Below, piece by piece: positions 59,552-64,000 of a DNA stretch of 64,000 nucleotides. Source of the DNA: Candidatus Zambryskiibacteriota bacterium (GTDB lineage Bacteria; Patescibacteriota; Minisyncoccia; Phycocordibacterales; DATDWN01); contig PPGI01000010.1 in NCBI GenBank assembly GCA_003173855.1, forward strand, positions 62,304 through 126,303, written 5' to 3'. The position numbers and the translations under genes are program-made. A model generated the notes under the pieces. The model did no database searches, was not told the origin of the DNA, and saw only the letters and a program-made list of their open reading frames with translations. Each line of letters opens with the position of its first letter. Position 1 is the stretch's first letter.

Positions 59552-59809
59552 CTATTCTAACCCATAGTCTTTGGATTTAATAAGAAGTGTTAATCCAATT
59601 GCAACTAGAATAATTGCAAGAACAATCATTGCCGCGTTGCTTACGAGCATTCCTCCAAGACCTGTTGTTGGCACACCTGGTGTTGTTATTGGAGTTGGTG
59701 ATACAGGTGTTGGCGTTGTTGATGAGCTAACTTGAGCATTAACAATGCTTGCCCCAAGAATGCTTAACAAAGCAAAACCTCTGGTGAAAATTTTTTTAAT
59801 TTTGTCCAT
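59552..59809 (-). CDS. Miniature sortase-substrate-like protein (signal peptide + PT-rich stretch + VPTTG + TM + KSK tail)
   Basis: 85 aa. A C-terminal cell-wall sorting signal occupies most of the protein. Confidence 0.5.
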   Translation of the reverse strand: MDKIKKIFTRGFALLSILGASIVNAQVSSSTTPTPVSPTPITTPGVPTTGLGGMLVSNAAMIVLAIILVAIGLTLLIKSKDYGLE

Positions 59810-59877
59810 AATTTTTTGTTACTTTTTAGCTTGTAACTACTTAATGTTAACCAATACCAGTGAAGACAAAGTGAAGG

Positions 59878-61149
59878 TTATGGTATGGCTACTATGTGCA
59901 GTGTTACATTTACAACATCTCTGCTCGTTTGTCCTGTAAATGTGTAAGTTTTGTTTCCAGTGACATAAGGAACAATTATTGAACCAGTCCCAAAGTTTCC
60001 TTCTTTGTCAGTCGTTAGTGTCATTAGGGTGTTTCCATTAGAGGACATGATTACTTGTTCGTTTGAACCGAAATGATCTCCAGCAAAGTCATCGGTGTCT
60101 CCTTCAACTACTGTCGTTTGCGCTGCTACAACATGTGCACCAGAATTGTTGTTTACTCCGTCACCCTCAAATCTTGGATGATGATTAAGTTCACTAATCA
60201 GGTTTTGAATTTGAAGTCTCAATGCGTTCAGCTGGTTTTGTAATCCCTGAATTAAGTCTAGAAGGAATTGTTTATCGATGTCGCTAAGAGGAGTTGTTGT
60301 GCCCGTGACAGGAGGAGTTGTCGTACCAGTAACCGGTGGTGTTGTAGTTCCTGTAACTGGAGGTGTAGTTGTTCCTGTCCCGCCATTTCCTGGTGTTGTC
60401 GTTGCTGTTGTCGTTGCGTTTTGAATATTGAAGACATGAAGCATGATCATTTTGTCTGTGTCTGATGCCAGATTAAAATTCATTACTCCTGATGAAGTTG
60501 TGCCAATTAGATCTTGATCATCATTATTTGGTGCAATTTGATCTGGTGTAAACAAGACTGCGCCGAAGTGACTATTTGGAGATGGATTCGTTTCGTTAAC
60601 TGTCACTTGTGAACTAGTCGATGTTAGATTTAATTCGTAACTTGATGCATCAAGGCATGTTGATGAAGCTATCGTGCCATTTAGATCGATATCAACTCCA
60701 ATGGAAGATTCACAAATTTTGTTTGGAATGTACGTTCCATTATTTTTTAGAGTCTGTGTTGTTGTACCATTTGTGTTTTGGACTTGGAAATCAAAATTTG
60801 TTCGCGGTCCAGTAATGCTTCCCGACGGTGCAACATCACCAGGAATAGCGCTTGTTGGACAATTTAATTCTGAATTGAGGAATTTTCTGTAATAAGTCTG
60901 GCCAGCACCAAGATTTAAGAAGTCATTCAGATTTGTAATATTTGAATTACAAAGATGCTTCATAATCATAATGCTGTAAGTTGTTGTTGCGACAGACCCT
61001 GTGGTTGTGCTTGTTTGTTCTGTTGTAGTTGCATTAGTTGTGGTAGCCGTTTGGGCAAACAAGAGAGCCCCAGGGGATAGAAGTGATACAACAAGAGTTG
61101 TTGCAATGGCTGCTCCCATAAGCTTATTTTTTAATTTTTTTTGAATCAT
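59878..61149 (-). CDS. Secreted Thr-rich surface protein with TTTPPVTG x3 repeats and a coiled-coil
   Basis: Signal peptide. Three exact 8-aa repeats, each containing PPVTG. Confidence 0.5.
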   Translation of the reverse strand: MIQKKLKNKLMGAAIATTLVVSLLSPGALLFAQTATTTNATTTEQTSTTTGSVATTTYSIMIMKHLCNSNITNLNDFLNLGAGQTYYRKFLNSELNCPTSAIPGDVAPSGSITGPRTNFDFQVQNTNGTTTQTLKNNGTYIPNKICESSIGVDIDLNGTIASSTCLDASSYELNLTSTSSQVTVNETNPSPNSHFGAVLFTPDQIAPNNDDQDLIGTTSSGVMNFNLASDTDKMIMLHVFNIQNATTTATTTPGNGGTGTTTPPVTGTTTPPVTGTTTPPVTGTTTPLSDIDKQFLLDLIQGLQNQLNALRLQIQNLISELNHHPRFEGDGVNNNSGAHVVAAQTTVVEGDTDDFAGDHFGSNEQVIMSSNGNTLMTLTTDKEGNFGTGSIIVPYVTGNKTYTFTGQTSRDVVNVTLHIVAIP

Positions 61150-61243
61150 AATGTAAATTTTAAGAATAATATTTTTGTACGGTAAAATAGCCCGGACTTT
61201 GCCAGTATACCTACATATCTATTAAATTTTGGTGAATCTAGTT

Positions 61244-61756
61244 CTAACTATTATAAGCTTTTTCCAAATCAGAAATTACGATTTTTTTCATCTTAAGCAT
61301 AGCTTGGGTTGCCCTCATATTTCCTTCGTTATCTGGTCCATTAAGCCACTTACTCATGTCAGGCACTACTTGCCAAGATAAGCCATATTTATCCTTAAGC
61401 CATCCGCATTGCTGGGAGTTAGGATCTCCACCTACAGTTAATTTATCCCAAAAATAATCAATTTCTTCCTGGTTTTTACAATCAATTAAAAATGAAATTC
61501 CAACATTAAAATTAAAAATAGGTCCACCATCGAGTGCCATAAAACGCTCACCATTTAGTTCAAAAACAGCAGTTAAAACTTTTCCATCAAATCCCGCCAT
61601 CGGTCCTTCTTTAATTCCCTCAGGATATTTTTTAATGCTTAAAATTTTTGATTCTGATGTTTTTTGAGGATTGCCGTTAAAAATCTGAACATAATAATTA
61701 ATCGCTTCCTCGCAATTTCTATCAAACCATAAAAATGGTGTTATTTTTTGTGTCAT
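61244..61756 (-). CDS. VOC-superfamily protein (PhnB/3-demethylubiquinone-9 3-methyltransferase-domain-like)
   Basis: ITPFLWF...AINYY N-terminal pattern of PhnB-like proteins. Confidence 0.5.
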   Translation of the reverse strand: MTQKITPFLWFDRNCEEAINYYVQIFNGNPQKTSESKILSIKKYPEGIKEGPMAGFDGKVLTAVFELNGERFMALDGGPIFNFNVGISFLIDCKNQEEIDYFWDKLTVGGDPNSQQCGWLKDKYGLSWQVVPDMSKWLNGPDNEGNMRATQAMLKMKKIVISDLEKAYNS

Positions 61757-61764
61757 ATTCGTTT

Positions 61765-62199
61765 TTACATCATTGGATCAGGTTGTAATAAACTAACTCG
61801 GTTGCCTTCAGTATCGATAACTGAAATATAAAGACCAACGCCAGGAATCATGTCTGGTTTCATTGGGTTTTCTTTATTTGAGCTTCCTTTTATTGTGCCA
61901 CCAGCATCAGTAACTTTTTTCATTGCTTCTTCTATATTATCTACAGCAATAACAAATGACGGCACTCGAGACAATGGATCTTCGCTAGCTTTGTAAAATC
62001 CACCGTTGATTCTTCCAGGTTCTTTTGGAAATTTATTCTTCTCGTCCAGTTCTGTTGTCATTGCTACAACATAATTTCCCATTTCTTGTCCAAGTTTATT
62101 TGTTTTCCATCCAAAAGCTTTTTCATAAAATGTGCACATACGATCTCGATCATTATACGGCATTTCAAAATGTACTACAGGGTTCATTTTATTTGTCAT
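61765..62199 (-). CDS. VOC/glyoxalase-bleomycin-resistance family protein
   Basis: Size and beta-alpha-beta-beta-beta module pattern (PVVHFEMP...FYEKAFGW). Confidence 0.5.
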   Translation of the reverse strand: MTNKMNPVVHFEMPYNDRDRMCTFYEKAFGWKTNKLGQEMGNYVVAMTTELDEKNKFPKEPGRINGGFYKASEDPLSRVPSFVIAVDNIEEAMKKVTDAGGTIKGSSNKENPMKPDMIPGVGLYISVIDTEGNRVSLLQPDPMM

Positions 62200-62290
62200 A
62201 ATTTTTAATTTAATAATAATTTATCCGCACACTAACTTTATTATCGACTTTGTCAGGTGCTTTGCACAATAACAAAGTTAGTGTGCTGAT

Positions 62291-62665
62291 TTATTTTGCA
62301 CTTGGGTTTGGTTCAAACAATCCAAATGTATTATTTTCCGTATCAAGAAAATATCCTTGATAGCATATACCAGGAACAGCAAATTTTGGAAGCGCGATTT
62401 GACCGCCAACGTCCAAAATTATTTTTGCTGTTTCATCATAGTTTTTAGTTTCCGTTGAACAAACATAAGCATTTGTTCCAGAACCCATTGATGCTGGAGC
62501 AGGTCTTTTTAAGAGACCTCCACGACTTGTTTTTGTCTCAATTCTCCAATATTCCACAGGCAATTTTTCATCTTTAGAAAATTTCCAAGCAAAAACTTTT
62601 TCGTAAAAATCTTTTGCTCGTTCACAGTCGTCAGCTTGTATTTCAAAATATGATGGTTCGTTCAT
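62291..62665 (-). CDS. VOC/glyoxalase family protein
   Basis: YFEIQADD...FYEKVFAWKF. Confidence 0.5.
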   Translation of the reverse strand: MNEPSYFEIQADDCERAKDFYEKVFAWKFSKDEKLPVEYWRIETKTSRGGLLKRPAPASMGSGTNAYVCSTETKNYDETAKIILDVGGQIALPKFAVPGICYQGYFLDTENNTFGLFEPNPSAK

Positions 62666-62701
62666 TACTTAATTATATATCTATTTTAAGTGAAATTTAA
62701 A

Positions 62702-64000
62702 TTAATTTGGCATCAGGGATACACCATCTTTAATTGTTAGGATTTTAATTCCTGTTGAAGTGGCGTAATCAACTATCTGTTTAAAGAAGGTTGGTGTCAT
62801 GGAATATTCTCCTCCACTTGTATCTACTTGGTGAATGCAAATTATAAACCATTTTTTCTGAGCTTTGGCATCATCGATGTATTTTTTGATAGTTGAGAAT
62901 GGTGTTGAATTGACCACGCATGCGCTATTAAGTTTGTATTTGTCAGTAGTCGTACTTACTAAAGGAGTATTGATAACATCACGAGCATTTGTATATCCTG
63001 CAGTCTTTATGAGATTTACTACAGTGTCATTGTAATCTCCATATGGATAAGCAAATGTCGTTATTTTTGTTCCAGTCAAATTTTCAAGATAAATTTTTGA
63101 ATTAGTAATCTCGCTAACTATTTGGGTATTTGTAAGTTGAGTTAAATATGGATGGGTGATTGTATGATCTCCAATCTCGTGACCACGTTGCGAAATTTCT
63201 AAAACTTGAGCTGGTGTCATAAAACCCGGCTCACTATTTTGAATAACGCCTGAAGTTGTATAAAAAGTAGCTTTTATATTGGCTGCTTCGAGAACTGGAA
63301 GAACATTCGTGTACTGTGAATTCCAGGCATCATCAAAAGTAAATGTCATCATTCCTTCCGTCCAAGTTGGTGTAGTTGTTGGAACTGGAGTTGGTGTTGG
63401 TGTCGGGATTGGCGTCGGAGTAGGAGATGGTGTTGGAGTAGGAGTTGGTGTCGGGGTTGGCGGAGGAACTGGCGGAGTTGAAGAACTTATTTTTACTAAA
63501 GAATAATCATCAGTTGTCAGAGTTCCCTTATTTGATATTAAATGATAAATAGTCATAGTCATTTGTGCTGTTCCGTTTGGAACAGTGACATTTGTGCTTA
63601 ATTGTTTCCAAGCATTTGCTGAAGAGGGAATATAAGCGAGAAAAAGATAAGAATAATTTCCATTTGAATCTTTAAATTCTGCGTCAACTTCCGAAGTTGT
63701 GTTTGATTTATACCAATCGCTAAAAGTATATATTTCACCGGAAGCAACTTTAATTGAGCTAGAGGTCCAATGAGCATCGCCAGTAGAATTTCTTCCAAGC
63801 GTCACTGTAATGCCTTTCCCGTTATGACCAGTATCGGGATATTTAAAAGTGGGAACAGGAGATCCCCAATAACTTTTTGTCCAATTTTGTGGCAGAGAGC
63901 CAGAAGCTGCTTCAACAGATGGATTTAAAATTAAATTTGTATCCGCGTGAGCAATACTTGTGTTACTTTCAAAACCTAAAAATAAAATCGTTACAATCAT
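62702..64000 (-). CDS. Secreted CE4 polysaccharide deacetylase with an N-terminal carbohydrate-binding-like domain and Pro/Thr linker (start at window edge)
   Basis: TGDAHWTSSSIKVASGEIYTFSDWYKSN repeat type, PTPTPTP linker, TFTFDDAW...HTITHP NodB motifs. Paralog of the 44474-46306 gene. Confidence 0.6.
   Translation of the reverse strand: MIVTILFLGFESNTSIAHADTNLILNPSVEAASGSLPQNWTKSYWGSPVPTFKYPDTGHNGKGITVTLGRNSTGDAHWTSSSIKVASGEIYTFSDWYKSNTTSEVDAEFKDSNGNYSYLFLAYIPSSANAWKQLSTNVTVPNGTAQMTMTIYHLISNKGTLTTDDYSLVKISSSTPPVPPPTPTPTPTPTPSPTPTPIPTPTPTPVPTTTPTWTEGMMTFTFDDAWNSQYTNVLPVLEAANIKATFYTTSGVIQNSEPGFMTPAQVLEISQRGHEIGDHTITHPYLTQLTNTQIVSEITNSKIYLENLTGTKITTFAYPYGDYNDTVVNLIKTAGYTNARDVINTPLVSTTTDKYKLNSACVVNSTPFSTIKKYIDDAKAQKKWFIICIHQVDTSGGEYSMTPTFFKQIVDYATSTGIKILTIKDGVSLMPN

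Noticed and set aside
59878-61149. Considered the TTTPPVTG repeats as a CRISPR-like or DGR variable region
   Set aside because: The repeats are in-frame amino-acid repeats within a long secreted-protein ORF. No reverse transcriptase or template repeat is present in the window.
1-64000. Looked for CRISPR arrays, tRNA/rRNA genes, transposases or integrases
   Set aside because: No regularly spaced short repeats, no tRNA cloverleaf-like conserved segments noticed, and no DDE/tyrosine-recombinase motifs in any ORF. The GC islands therefore lack recognisable mobility genes within this window.

Overview
This window looks like a low-GC (~33-36%) Patescibacteria/CPR-like bacterial chromosome segment with compact genes. 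The core is housekeeping genes: a KH-domain protein and trmD, an ABC-2 exporter, rpoB-rpoC, the dnaG-rpoD operon, typA and uppP. It also holds a LexA-box-controlled operon (lexA with mpg and an MGMT-domain gene), a PIF1-like helicase, and a UvrD-type helicase fused to a Cas4/AddB-like Cys-cluster nuclease. There are three OmpR-type response regulators, two soluble histidine kinases and a NitT/TauT ABC importer. A large minus-strand exopolysaccharide locus encodes a UDP-sugar dehydrogenase, a processive QxxRW GT2 synthase, several CE4 polysaccharide deacetylases with carbohydrate-binding repeats and Pro/Thr linkers, and lectin-like paralogs. Downstream is a sortase with a miniature sortase substrate, then a triple VOC cluster. 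The most striking unexplained structure is five compositional islands (GC ~47-60%) embedded in this AT-rich background, each with host-like promoter, Shine-Dalgarno (SD) and terminator signals. Two are tiny: a Cys-rich 50-aa ORF where rimM normally sits, and an Arg-rich 60-aa ORF divergent from the LexA box. Two are mid-sized: a 1.1-kb island carrying two near-identical TGCTTGAC-N17-TAATCTTA promoters, and a tandem pair of paralogous XRE regulators. The largest is a 3.7-kb island encoding a low-complexity secreted protein, a LysM membrane protein and a coiled-coil protein, preceded by exact 19-bp direct repeats. Independently, TTAACA direct repeats phased at 11 bp recur next to all three two-component loci. 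I found no rRNA, tRNA, CRISPR array or transposase. Function calls rest on motifs recognised by eye and are unconfirmed without database searches.
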